A stretch of 64,000 nucleotides of DNA from an uncultured Thermoplasmata archaeon (GCA_963768855.1 CAVYJM010000015.1:1-64000), one strand, 5' to 3'. Positions 10,095 to 19,833 are shown, counted from the first letter of the stretch. The notes: generated from the letters alone by a model not told the origin. Translations and numbers: made by a program.

Positions 10095-10632
10095 CGGGAT
10101 GCGGTCGGGAACCCCCGGGTCGGATATAACCCTGGTGGGCGGGAGACCTCGAGGGAGGCCACGAGGCACCGTCGCGGTCTCCGGATCCTCCGGCGGCGTC
10201 GGCTCCCGCCCAAATTCTTCCGACGGCTTTCGCGGGTTCTGCTGCGGCGTGGGGCAGCGCAGACTGCTGGGGTAAGGGCTTGCGAACGGAAGCCGTGAGG
10301 GTCGCGCCACCAACCCTCAGGATGCCGGCATCGAACTCGGTCCTCGCGATCGAGTGGGAAGCTCCGGGAAGAGTATTTCTCTCGAGCAGATTGAACTATG
10401 CACCAAAGGACTTTAATATCCACATTGGTATCCGACGCATTCCTCCTGCAAAGGCACTTTGCAAGACTGGAAACAACACGGACGGTGGAGGGAGAACGTG
10501 CGGCGGCCGAGTAGCATCAGCACGCCGGAGAAGGGCAACCCGGAGAACCGCGCCAACGAGGTCGATCCGCTCGGCCCGGAAGACTTGAGTCTCCCCGATC
10601 ATTCAACGCTCGCTGAGGAGTTGGAGGAAACC

Positions 10633-11793
10633 ATGCCGGAACCTTTGGACGAACTCGCAGGCACCTCGGTGAATCGCCCGCCTGAGTCCCGACGCTCCGC
10701 GTACATTGTGATTCCAACCCTGAATGAGTCTGCGAATCTCAAACGACTCGTCGATGAACTTGAGAGAGCCTTGGACGGACGTCCCCATCACATTCTCGTC
10801 GTGGACGACGGCAGCACGGACGGAACGCAAGAGCTCATGCACTCTCTTGCGAAGGCAGGGTACCCCATCACCCTCCTCGAGCGTGGAACGAAGTTGGGAA
10901 TCGGGTCGGCCATCCGAGACGGACTGAGATGGAGTCTACAGCAAGCGGACTTCGATTGCGCTGTGACGATGGATGCCGACCTGACGCATGATCCCGGCGA
11001 TGTGCCTCAATTCGTAGCGGACGTTGAGAGCGCGGACCTGGTCCAAGGGAGCCGCTACGCTCCCGGTGCGCGCATCGTGGACTGGAAGTGGTCCCGCCGA
11101 TTCCTGAGCATCGTGGCGAATTCCCTGGCCCGGCTCATCCTCCGTACGGGCATGAAAGAACACACGAATTACTTCCGGGCCTACTCGCGTCGCGCCGCCG
11201 AGGCTGCATCTCGCGCGCAAGACTACGACAGCTACGGGTGGGCGCTAGAAAGCCTCCTGGCCGTGCGGAGCGAGGGTCTGCGGGTCAAGGAAGTTCCGAT
11301 AACCTACCGCGAGCGAACCGAAGGGTCGAGCAAGCTCAATCCCCGTGAGATGTTCGCCTGGGTACGGTGTCTCCTCACGATGGGCCTGAAACAGCACCGG
11401 GGGAACGACTTCTTGGCACGAGCCCCGCGGTTCATCGCGGTTGGCGCCTCGGGAATCGTCGTGAATCAGGTCGTCCTGTTCGCTCTCTTCGGAATCCTCG
11501 GAGTCTGGCCACTCGCCGCGCTCATCGTGGCAATCGAGGCCTCCCTCATCTGGAATTTCGAGTGGAATGATCGTTGGACCTTCCGCGGGCGAACGAATGG
11601 CTCGAGCCGGATCCGTCGATTCGCCTTGTACCATGCGGTGTGTGCAGCGGGCATTGCCATCAACGTGGCCGTATTCGCGCTGCTCGCGCTCGGGCTGGGC
11701 GTCAACTACATGCTTTCCAATCTAGTCGCGATCGTGGCCGGGTTTGCCACGAACTTCGGCGGGAGTACTTCGTGGACGTGGGCGGTGAGATAG
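10633..11793 (+). CDS. Dolichol-phosphate mannosyltransferase-like GT2 fused to a C-terminal GtrA-like membrane domain
   Basis: IPTLNE, VDDGSTDGT, MDADLTHDP, QGSRY, then RFIAVGASGIVVN...NFEWNDRWTF (GtrA). GGAGG before ATG 10633. Confidence 0.9.
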   Translation: MPEPLDELAGTSVNRPPESRRSAYIVIPTLNESANLKRLVDELERALDGRPHHILVVDDGSTDGTQELMHSLAKAGYPITLLERGTKLGIGSAIRDGLRWSLQQADFDCAVTMDADLTHDPGDVPQFVADVESADLVQGSRYAPGARIVDWKWSRRFLSIVANSLARLILRTGMKEHTNYFRAYSRRAAEAASRAQDYDSYGWALESLLAVRSEGLRVKEVPITYRERTEGSSKLNPREMFAWVRCLLTMGLKQHRGNDFLARAPRFIAVGASGIVVNQVVLFALFGILGVWPLAALIVAIEASLIWNFEWNDRWTFRGRTNGSSRIRRFALYHAVCAAGIAINVAVFALLALGLGVNYMLSNLVAIVAGFATNFGGSTSWTWAVR

Positions 11794-12226
11794 CCCAACT
11801 CCGGAAGCGCGCGTCTCCGGGAGCCTCTTCGACACAACTTGTTCCCTCAAGCCGGTTCCGTGCCGATTCGCCCCCTTCTTGGTTGACTTCTCGCGGAAGC
11901 GAGACCGAACCGGAATTCCGTCCACCGGAGGCCTGGGACCTTCGTCGCTCGCGCCTCACCGTGATCCAACCCTTCGGGCGACCACCTGTTCAGCGAGGCA
12001 TCGCGGTCTCCTGGACAAACCCGAGCCGCGTCCGCACAGAATACTTAAGTAATCATCTTCTTTTCAGGAGCAATCCTGGGACCTTCGTGGTATTGCGCAC
12101 CACTTCTCTAGTTCTCCATCCTAGCCTCAGACGGGACGACATCACTTCCAGACGGTTCCGTATCAGAGCGGCGTCCCTTGCTCACCGTCCAGAGGGTGTG
12201 TCATCGCCTCCGCCGGTCGGTTGGCC

Positions 12227-13474
12227 ATGAGAACCATTGATTCTATCAAGAGGCTCTGGCAAGAGTTCTACAAGAACGACCTGGCGGAGCTCCTTTCTCG
12301 GATCGGGCTATTCCTCTCGGCTATTGTTCTGATAGACTCAAGCTTCACGAATTGGAACCGATATCCAATTGCCACCAACGAGGCGGCTCTGCTCCTCATC
12401 ATATTCGAATACTTGTTCGGGTTCTTTCTGATTATCCTGTCCCTTCTCACTCAGGTTCGAGCCGCGAAATTCGCGATCTTGATCCCGACCGCGGCCCTGT
12501 TCGTGGTGTCCCTCAATTACTGGGTCTTCGTGTCCTGGAATCCCGGATACACGACCGACGCACTCGCCTTTCTTCACTATTCAGCGTTGTTGACTTTGCA
12601 GGGTCGGAACCCGTTCCAAGAGAGCATGTTACCTGCCCTTCAGATGTTTCCTATACCTTTGGCCTACTCTTCTCCGTTCGAAACCGGACCATTGCTCGCC
12701 CGAACGCCATACCCTGCTTTGGCGTTCCTCATTTACGTCCCAGCCATGGTGGCCGGCGTCCGGGACATCCGACTTGTTTCCCTCGCTTTTCACGTCGCCG
12801 CTATCCTCGTTCTCTACTTTCGAGTGAAGGGCCCCATGCGATACTTGGCCCCCCTCACCCTTGTCATTACCCAGAACATGCTGGATCTTACTCCAGGAGG
12901 AGCCACCGATATCCTTTGGGTGCTCCCGATGATCATGATGGCGCTGGATATCCGAAAAGTCCCAAGGGCGGCCTTCTGGTTCGGCATTGCATGTGCAATA
13001 AAACTGACCCCTCTGTTTCTAGGGCCATTCTTGTTCGTGTGGTACTACAAGTCTTCGGAGTCCGATTCCCTGAAGATCAAGCTAAGAAATCCGCTCCTGT
13101 TTCTCGGTGTGAGTTCGATCGTCTTCCTCGTGCCCAACCTGCCGTTCATTGCAGCTGGGCCGCAGGCATGGGCGTACGCCATCACAGCTCCGTCTCAGAC
13201 ATCGCTGGTCATGTACGGTTCAGGGTTTTCGGCCCTCGGTGTGTATGGGTTCGTTCTTCTCCCGCGTTCATTCTATGGGATCATCCCGGTCTTTGTCTTC
13301 TTGGTCCTGTTGTCCGCCCTGGTCCTACGGTTCGAACGCTTCCAATATGCCTTCTGGTTTTTTCCGGCGATCGCCCTTTACTTCGCCCCGCGGAGCTTGC
13401 AGAACTACTTCATCTACTGGTACCCGTTGGCTTTCCTCGCTCTGAAGGATTGGATGCATGCTTCGCGGAAGTAG
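12227..13474 (+). CDS. Polytopic membrane protein, GT-C-like (GT87/PIG-M/DUF2029 type)
   Basis: About 11 TMs. TTDALAF...LLTLQGRNPF loop, YPALAFL, GIACAIK motifs. Confidence 0.6.
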   Translation: MRTIDSIKRLWQEFYKNDLAELLSRIGLFLSAIVLIDSSFTNWNRYPIATNEAALLLIIFEYLFGFFLIILSLLTQVRAAKFAILIPTAALFVVSLNYWVFVSWNPGYTTDALAFLHYSALLTLQGRNPFQESMLPALQMFPIPLAYSSPFETGPLLARTPYPALAFLIYVPAMVAGVRDIRLVSLAFHVAAILVLYFRVKGPMRYLAPLTLVITQNMLDLTPGGATDILWVLPMIMMALDIRKVPRAAFWFGIACAIKLTPLFLGPFLFVWYYKSSESDSLKIKLRNPLLFLGVSSIVFLVPNLPFIAAGPQAWAYAITAPSQTSLVMYGSGFSALGVYGFVLLPRSFYGIIPVFVFLVLLSALVLRFERFQYAFWFFPAIALYFAPRSLQNYFIYWYPLAFLALKDWMHASRK

Positions 13475-14498
13475 GGAGTCGAAAGTCCCCCGGCAACTCG
13501 ATGTCGTCCTAGTGTTCGCCAGCCTGGTTGCTCCCGTCGTGCTCGCGATTCTGGTTTCCGGCCAGTTCACGACGCTTGAGGTGAAGGTGGCTGTTGAGAA
13601 ACCCATCGACGACGTTCTCGGTTTGCACGCGGCAACGGTCCTCCGAGTCAACGTGAGCAATGACGGTGACCGAGGAATCGTCCCGCACTTCTTCATCTAC
13701 TGGTCAGGAGAAACGAGTAACGTTCTGGCTCCGTGGTCATACGGCGCGGACGCCATCTTGCTGCCTGCGCACTCACGGAGAGTCTACACGATCGAGGCAC
13801 CGGATCTGGAACGGTCAATCCCCAATGGGACTCTCTTCTTTGTTCGGCTCTATGACGAAATGACCCAAGAGTACGCATTTTCCCCCGTTGAGAGACTGAT
13901 TCTTTCGCACTCGCCCATCATCGCGAATCCCGACTTCCAGTATTGGTCAAGTCAAGCCGGCCAACCCGCAGGACCTTTCGGCTGGTCGATTGGGACGATG
14001 GGAGGGCGGGACGATCAGCAAAATCTGTCCCAGTCCAATTCAACCAACACGAGGCTTCGAATGGCGATCTACGAGGACGGAAAGAACGAGTCGTCCGGCT
14101 GGACCGGGCTATTCCTTGCGCAAGGTCTCGGTGCCCAACAGGTCCAATCCCTTAGGAATTCAACGCTCAGTCTCACAATCAATCCGGGGTTCTCATACAA
14201 AGCGGATGCATCGTCGGGCTATCCCCTCGCCTTCGCCGGCATCGAAATCAACGATGGCGAAAACGTGGTGTGGATCGCCTTCGCTTGTTGCGCGCAGGGC
14301 GAGGTCAGTCTGCCCCATCAGCAGATCTTCGTGTTCAGCGCACCCACGGGCCAATCCTCCTTCGTAACGCTGAACCTCTCGAACCTGGTGGGGTCGCTCA
14401 ACCCAACGAGGGGGTGGTGGCTTTCGCTCGGGGTCGCAAGTTCCCAGTCTTCTCCGGGCTGGTACGTGGCTGAGTTTGGGGGTCTCATCGTTGGATAA
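13458..14498 (+). CDS. Hypothetical N-terminally anchored extracellular protein
   Basis: One hydrophobic N-terminal helix then a beta-rich domain with several NxS/T sequons. Overlaps the upstream gene. Confidence 0.65.
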   Translation: MLRGSRESKVPRQLDVVLVFASLVAPVVLAILVSGQFTTLEVKVAVEKPIDDVLGLHAATVLRVNVSNDGDRGIVPHFFIYWSGETSNVLAPWSYGADAILLPAHSRRVYTIEAPDLERSIPNGTLFFVRLYDEMTQEYAFSPVERLILSHSPIIANPDFQYWSSQAGQPAGPFGWSIGTMGGRDDQQNLSQSNSTNTRLRMAIYEDGKNESSGWTGLFLAQGLGAQQVQSLRNSTLSLTINPGFSYKADASSGYPLAFAGIEINDGENVVWIAFACCAQGEVSLPHQQIFVFSAPTGQSSFVTLNLSNLVGSLNPTRGWWLSLGVASSQSSPGWYVAEFGGLIVG

Positions 14499-14641
14499 AC
14501 GAGCGATCCTCGGTACTGAAGGCCGTGGCAACGTAACGTTGTGGACGGACCAAAAACTCATAGCCCAGAAGCGTCATGGGCCGCAGCCGCCTGCGTGGGA
14601 GCCGGTCCGGACACGGTGAGGAGTAAGCAGGGGACACATGC

Positions 14642-15886
14642 GTGGTCGATTGGGTATTCGGCGAAAAGACCGCCTGCAGAAGTTGTGGAGGCAGCACCCT
14701 CGACGACGTCATCAATCTGGGAGAACTCTACGTTTCGTCTTTCCCAAAGCCGGGTGAAGCGGATGGTCCCAAGGTCCCCTTGGACGTTGTGCGCTGTTCG
14801 CAATGTGGACTTCTTCAACTCCGTCACACGACGAATCCCGATCTCTTGTACAGGACTTACTGGTACAGATCTGGTACGAACCAGACCATGCGTTTCGCGC
14901 TCGCGGATATCTCCCAGGCGATGGAGCGCAACGTTGGACTCGAAAGCGGCGACATCGTCGTCGATACGGGCTGCAATGACGGAACCTTGCTTGCCTCGTA
15001 TGCCATGCCGGGGCTGAGAAAGATCGGGTTTGAACCGGCATCGAATGTTGCCGCTGTAGCCAGAGAGATTCCTGACGTTTCTGTCATCAACGACTACTTT
15101 TCCTCGAGAGCGCCCGCATTCGATCAGCTCAGAGGCAAAGTGAAAGCCGTCACCAGCATCGCCATGTTTTATGACCTGGACGATCCCCACACCTTCATCC
15201 GCGACATCGACTCCATCCTCGCGAAAGACGGCTTGTGGATTATCCAGATCTCATACTTGCCGAGTATGCTGGAACGCAACGCCTTCGATGGAATATGCCA
15301 CGAACATCTGGAGTACTACAGTTTCCGGAGCATTCAGCACCTTCTGAAGCAGCACGGCTTCGAGATCCTCGACGCTGAGTTGGTTGAACTCAATGAAGGA
15401 AGCATACGGCTTTACGTTCGTCGAGCGCACGAGGGTGCCGATGAGGGTCCTTCCGCGAGGGTCAAGAGCATCCGGGCCTCGGAGAGTAACCTAGGTCTGG
15501 AGACGCGGGCTCCCTACACAGCCTTCGCCGACCGCGTGGAATCGATCAAGGAGAAAACCACGAGGGTCATCGAAGACGCTGTGAAGACCGGTAGGAGAGT
15601 CCACGCCTATGGCGCATCCACCAAGGGCAACACGTTGCTCCAGTACTTCGGACTTTCGTCCAAGCTCGTGCAATATGCCTGGGAACGTCAAGACCAGAAA
15701 TGGGGGAGGCAAACGGTGGGAATGCGCATCCCAATCGTCTCCGAAGAGGAGGGACGGAAGATGAATCCTGACTATTTGTTGATGCTACCATGGCACTTCG
15801 CCTCAGAGTTTGTGAAGCGTGAAGACGCATACCTGGCCAGCGGCGGCAAGTTCATCATTCCTCTTCCCACGTTCCAAATCGTCTAG
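14642..15886 (+). CDS. NDP-sugar C-methyltransferase (TylC3/EryBIII/TcaB9-like): Zn-binding N-terminus, SAM domain, C-terminal domain
   Basis: CRSC...CSQC, YWYRSGTNQTM, DTGCNDG, CHEHLEYYS, YGASTKGNTLLQY and LPWHF. Confidence 0.9.
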   Translation: MVDWVFGEKTACRSCGGSTLDDVINLGELYVSSFPKPGEADGPKVPLDVVRCSQCGLLQLRHTTNPDLLYRTYWYRSGTNQTMRFALADISQAMERNVGLESGDIVVDTGCNDGTLLASYAMPGLRKIGFEPASNVAAVAREIPDVSVINDYFSSRAPAFDQLRGKVKAVTSIAMFYDLDDPHTFIRDIDSILAKDGLWIIQISYLPSMLERNAFDGICHEHLEYYSFRSIQHLLKQHGFEILDAELVELNEGSIRLYVRRAHEGADEGPSARVKSIRASESNLGLETRAPYTAFADRVESIKEKTTRVIEDAVKTGRRVHAYGASTKGNTLLQYFGLSSKLVQYAWERQDQKWGRQTVGMRIPIVSEEEGRKMNPDYLLMLPWHFASEFVKREDAYLASGGKFIIPLPTFQIV

Positions 15887-16125
15887 GCCCCCTTCCAGAA
15901 AGGCAGTCCGGCCATATTGCAGTCTGTGAGGCGCTTGCCGCGTGAGAGGCGGATATTTCGGGCATCCCACCCCGTTCGTGCGGGCGGGCCAGAGCCTCGT
16001 CACCCCACCCAAGCTCGGGCAGGGAGGCACGGCCCGGACCCGATCACGCAACCAGGAAGCCAATGGAGGCGGGCGCGAAACCGCGCCTCCCTCCCCTGTT
16101 CTCTCTTCCCATTGGCCGAGTCTGC

Positions 16126-16557
16126 TCAGAGGTACGTGAACCAGAACGCATTGGACATGAGGCCGACCCACAGGACCGCGAAGCCAATGAGGACCGCGCC
16201 CACCGCGATCCACGCGGGGAGGCCACCCTCCGGCGCCTCGTTCCACAGGGAGAGCCGGTCCGGGACGCGGAGGATCTCCCGCTCGATCCGCCGTGCCTTC
16301 ATCGCCCATCGCGCCGTGCGTGCGGCCGCGCGGCGCGCGAGGGTCACCCAGCTCAGGATCATCGCGAGGTTCAGCGTGCCGAGGACGAGGAACGTGTTCG
16401 TGTCCTCGTTCACGCTCAGGACCTCGAAGGCCAGGAGCGCGTTGACGAGGGCGAGGGCCGCCCCGGAGAGGGTGAGACTCGCCTCCTGGTGCCGCTGCCA
16501 GGCGTTCAGCTCTCGGGACTGGTGGACGGGGTCCCACGAGGGGACTGGGGGTTCCAT
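16126..16557 (-). CDS. Small 3-TM hypothetical membrane protein
   Basis: Three hydrophobic segments with an amphipathic linker. Codon style matches the real genes. Confidence 0.7.
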   Translation of the reverse strand: MEPPVPSWDPVHQSRELNAWQRHQEASLTLSGAALALVNALLAFEVLSVNEDTNTFLVLGTLNLAMILSWVTLARRAAARTARWAMKARRIEREILRVPDRLSLWNEAPEGGLPAWIAVGAVLIGFAVLWVGLMSNAFWFTYL

Positions 16558-16731
16558 GCGATTCCCTCCCCGGGGGAAGGGCCAAGGGGGGACTTGAAGG
16601 AATCTGCGCTGTTATCGCGGGGATCGCGTTCCAGGACGCCCAAGGCCGTACGCCCCCGCGGGTTCCTGTTATCACCCTGCGAATCCGCCGTCCCGGGTTA
16701 ATATAGGTCTCAGGCGAACGGGGACGGCGAC

Positions 16732-17403
16732 GTGATCATGAAACGCGACCGGGACACCCTCTCCCTCATCCTCGGGATCGTCGTGCTGGTCCTCGGCATC
16801 GTGCTCGTCGTCTTCACGGTCTACAGCTTCATCTCGATCGCGACGAACCCGAACAGCTTCCTCCGCCAGCAGGGCAGCCAAGCAGTTCCGGTCGGGTCGC
16901 AGGCGAGCGGACCCACCGCCGCGTTCAGCTGGCAGACGAGCGGCTCCACGCTGTCCGTGAAGGACCTCTCCCAGTCCGGCGGCGCGGTGATCGTGAACTG
17001 GACATGGAACGCCGGGGACGGACGCGGCGTCGGGTATGGCCAGTCGATCTCGCCGTACACGTACGTGCAGACCGGGACGTACACGATCTCCCTGACCGTC
17101 CGGGATGCGGACCAGGTCACGAACCGCGCCGAGACCACGATCCAGATCCCGTCGGATTCGAGCGGGAACGCGGGACCCGCCACCGGAGGCGGCGGCAACA
17201 ACGGCGGAAACAATCAAGGAGGCTGCACGGGCAGCAACTGCGCCGACCCGTTCGGAGGCGGGAGCCTGCTCCAGGTCGGTGCCGTGATCCTGACCCTGAC
17301 GATGCACATCGTCATGGGCTACACGGGCGTCCACTTCATCCGTGCCGGCTGGGGGCTGCTCCGGCCGCGGGGAGCGACGATCCTCGTTCCGATGGGTCCG
17401 TGA
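16732..17403 (+). CDS. Membrane protein with an extracellular PKD domain between two TM helices
   Basis: PKD pattern PTAAF...WTWNAGDG...YTYVQTGTYTISLTVRD. TTAATATA box at 16698-16705. Confidence 0.8.
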   Translation: MIMKRDRDTLSLILGIVVLVLGIVLVVFTVYSFISIATNPNSFLRQQGSQAVPVGSQASGPTAAFSWQTSGSTLSVKDLSQSGGAVIVNWTWNAGDGRGVGYGQSISPYTYVQTGTYTISLTVRDADQVTNRAETTIQIPSDSSGNAGPATGGGGNNGGNNQGGCTGSNCADPFGGGSLLQVGAVILTLTMHIVMGYTGVHFIRAGWGLLRPRGATILVPMGP

Positions 17404-17608
17404 ACGGGGATTGCGTCGAGACTAGGATTCCTCCGGCAACGGTGCCCGCCCCGCCCTCCGAGTCGACGGGTCGCCTTCGCTCGCCCGACGCATTTCGCGG
17501 AGCGGGGACGAAGGTCGTCCTCGTCGCTTGCGCGCGTGGAGAAGGTAGAAGGATTCAGGACGACATCGTGGGAGGTTCCGGCCGCGATCGCGAGTGGAGG
17601 TGGGCGGG

Positions 17609-18046
17609 ATGCCCATGGGTCTGATGAAACCGCTGGTCCAAGAGAAGGAATGGCGTGTCCAGGGAAACGTGAACGAACTTCGGAGCGCGGTGAACGCGTC
17701 GATGAGCCAGAGCGGGTTCTCGGTCGAGGAGGAGGACGCCTCCCTCGAGGGCGCGCCCTACTCGGGCGTCGCGTTGCACCAGAAGGTCAAGATCGGGATG
17801 ACGTACGGCTCCATGGCGCACCGGTCCGAGGGCGGCCTGCTCGAATTCGGTCGCTCGGGCGCCAAGACCGGCGCGGCGAAACTGGGGGAGCCGAACCGGC
17901 TCCACCTGTGGTACTATCCGGTGGGCGAGAACACGGTGATCCACGCACGCGGGACGGGTATGGAGAAGAACCTCCGAGAGGCGTTCGCCACCCTGGAATC
18001 CACCCTGGGCTCCCGCGCGGTCTCGCCCCCTGCCGTCGCACCGTGA
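17609..18046 (+). CDS. Hypothetical protein
   Basis: GGAGG upstream of ATG 17609. Globular alpha/beta-like composition. Confidence 0.65.
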   Translation: MPMGLMKPLVQEKEWRVQGNVNELRSAVNASMSQSGFSVEEEDASLEGAPYSGVALHQKVKIGMTYGSMAHRSEGGLLEFGRSGAKTGAAKLGEPNRLHLWYYPVGENTVIHARGTGMEKNLREAFATLESTLGSRAVSPPAVAP

Positions 18047-18259
18047 AGGGAAGCAACAATCGGAACGGCTCGGACGAGTAACGGCCCAAAGGGACGGAGC
18101 GCGGCCCCCTCGAGACCCCACGGGGGGCGCGCCTCCCTCCCACCGCATACGGTAAGTGCGGTGGATTCTTAGCGCTCCCCGGTGCGTCCGCGCGCTCGGA
18201 CGGAGGCGGGTCGGTCGCGTCACCGCGCCGCCCACGTGCTCTTGGTCGTGGAGGACGGC

Positions 18260-19042
18260 ATGCTCGAAATCGGCAACGTCTACGGACACGGGTTCGACCC
18301 GGCGAAGGTCGCGGAAATCGAGCGCGCGGGCTTCACGGTCCGCCCCCAGGTCTCGCACTACGCCGGATCCCAGGTCTGCCGCTTCGTGGACTTCGAAGAC
18401 GGGCCGTCCCTCGAGCTGATCGAGGTCGCGGACGCGAAGGCGTACCTCGACTTCGTCCCGCTGGGCATGAAGCCGTACGCCCCGGGCGTCTCCGTCCTCG
18501 TTCCGGATTATGCGGAGCGGGAGCTCGCTGACTTCCAGCGCAAGTACGAGGAGTGGGGTCCGTACACGCTGCACGCGAACTACGACGGATCGGACGACCC
18601 GTCGAAGCCGGGATGGGACTACCTGAACTTCGAGCTGCCCGTGATCCGGGACACGTTCCTCTTTCTCACGCGGCTGGACGAGCCGCAGCCCCACCGCCCT
18701 CTCGCGCCCCTCCATCCGAACGGCACCCAGGCCGTCGTGGGCCTCGTCTTCGACCTGCCCGAGGAGAGCCTGCGGCGGCTGGCGCGGCTGGCGGAGACCA
18801 AGCTCGTCCAGGGGGCCGTCGACATCAACGGGGTCAAGGTGTATTCGAGGGAAGCCCTCGACGTGATGCCGCGGCTCGGGGAGAAGGCGTTCCCGCTCTG
18901 CGCCGTCGTCGTGAGGACGGAGGACCTCGAATACTTCGCGCACGAATTCGGGGAGGCGGAGGTCGTCTCCTTTCGATCGAGGCCCGCCGTCCGCATCCGA
19001 ACGAACGACCTCTCCTGGGACCTACTGCTCGCCGGTCCGTGA
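18260..19042 (+). CDS. Glyoxalase-like (VOC superfamily) hypothetical protein
   Basis: GFTV...H..G..CRFVDFEDGPSLELI pattern. GGAGGA before ATG 18260. Confidence 0.55.
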   Translation: MLEIGNVYGHGFDPAKVAEIERAGFTVRPQVSHYAGSQVCRFVDFEDGPSLELIEVADAKAYLDFVPLGMKPYAPGVSVLVPDYAERELADFQRKYEEWGPYTLHANYDGSDDPSKPGWDYLNFELPVIRDTFLFLTRLDEPQPHRPLAPLHPNGTQAVVGLVFDLPEESLRRLARLAETKLVQGAVDINGVKVYSREALDVMPRLGEKAFPLCAVVVRTEDLEYFAHEFGEAEVVSFRSRPAVRIRTNDLSWDLLLAGP

Positions 19043-19155
19043 TCATCATCTGCGGTGCCGGGCGACCCGTCGCATCGCGACCGTCGCCATGGATCTCGGA
19101 GCGCTGTTAGGACAGCCTTAATCCCAAGCGTTGCATTCCGGCCCGCGGGTAGCCC

Positions 19156-19782
19156 ATGCAGGCCGACCAACCAGTTCAGGCGCCGCCCCGCGCGGGCGGC
19201 ATGAAGAACGTGAGCACGATCTTGAGCGCCATGGCCGTCGTTTTGGCCGCAGGAGCCCTCGTCGCCAGCGTTGCGATCTCAGGCCCCGTAGGGCCGCAGG
19301 GCGCGACCGGGGCCACGGGAGCCAATGGAACCAACGGGGCTCCGGGTGCGGACGGAACGAACGGGGCGACCGGTCCCGCAGGGCCGCAAGGGAACGGCAC
19401 GATCGAGGCATCCGCCTTCGTCCTCCTGACGACGGGGTTGGCCAGTTGCACGAACCTCGAGAGCGTATCGATCACCGTGCCTGCGGCGGGGAATGTGACG
19501 TTTTCCGCGACCGCCGTGATATATGTGGAACACGCAACGACCACCGAGGACGACGTCCTGTTGTTCGCCAGCCCGCAGTCGGCGACCTGCTACGATAGCG
19601 ACGGGTTCATCTCGGTCCCCGCAGCCGCGCCCACCGGGACGTACTACTACACGGCGCCGCTCTTGGACACGTTCCCGGTCACCGCGGCCGGGACGTACAC
19701 GTTCTACGTCGTCGGGTCGTGCGCGCAGGGCACCGCAGTGTTCAGCTACGGCCACCTGTCTGCCGTCTTCAGCCCCTCCTGA
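19156..19782 (+). CDS. Collagen-like (Gly-X-Y) surface protein with N-terminal signal/anchor and C-terminal beta domain; start 19156 or 19201
   Basis: Hydrophobic helix, then 12-13 uninterrupted G-X-Y triplets, then a Thr/Ala/Tyr-rich beta domain. Confidence 0.8.
   Translation: MQADQPVQAPPRAGGMKNVSTILSAMAVVLAAGALVASVAISGPVGPQGATGATGANGTNGAPGADGTNGATGPAGPQGNGTIEASAFVLLTTGLASCTNLESVSITVPAAGNVTFSATAVIYVEHATTTEDDVLLFASPQSATCYDSDGFISVPAAAPTGTYYYTAPLLDTFPVTAAGTYTFYVVGSCAQGTAVFSYGHLSAVFSPS
19282..19398 (+). repeat. Collagen triple-helix repeat coding region
   Basis: GPV GPQ GAT GAT GAN GTN GAP GAD GTN GAT GPA GPQ GNG. Confidence 0.85.
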
Positions 19783-19797
19783 GGGAGGAGCAACTGA

Positions 19798-19833
19798 GAG
19801 CCGGTCGTCGCGACCCCGGCTCCTTCTTTCTTT
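19798..19833 (+). terminator. Hairpin plus U-rich tract downstream of the collagen-like gene
   Basis: GAGCC-GGTCG/CGACC-(CC bulge)-GGCTC followed by CTTCTTTCTTT. Confidence 0.45.

Noticed and set aside
11932-12088. 14-bp direct repeat CCTGGGACCTTCGT (11932 and 12075) and TACTTAAGTA palindrome (12042-12051)
   Set aside because: There are only two copies and they do not flank the low-GC cassette as att sites would. The palindrome is explained as a TATA-like box.
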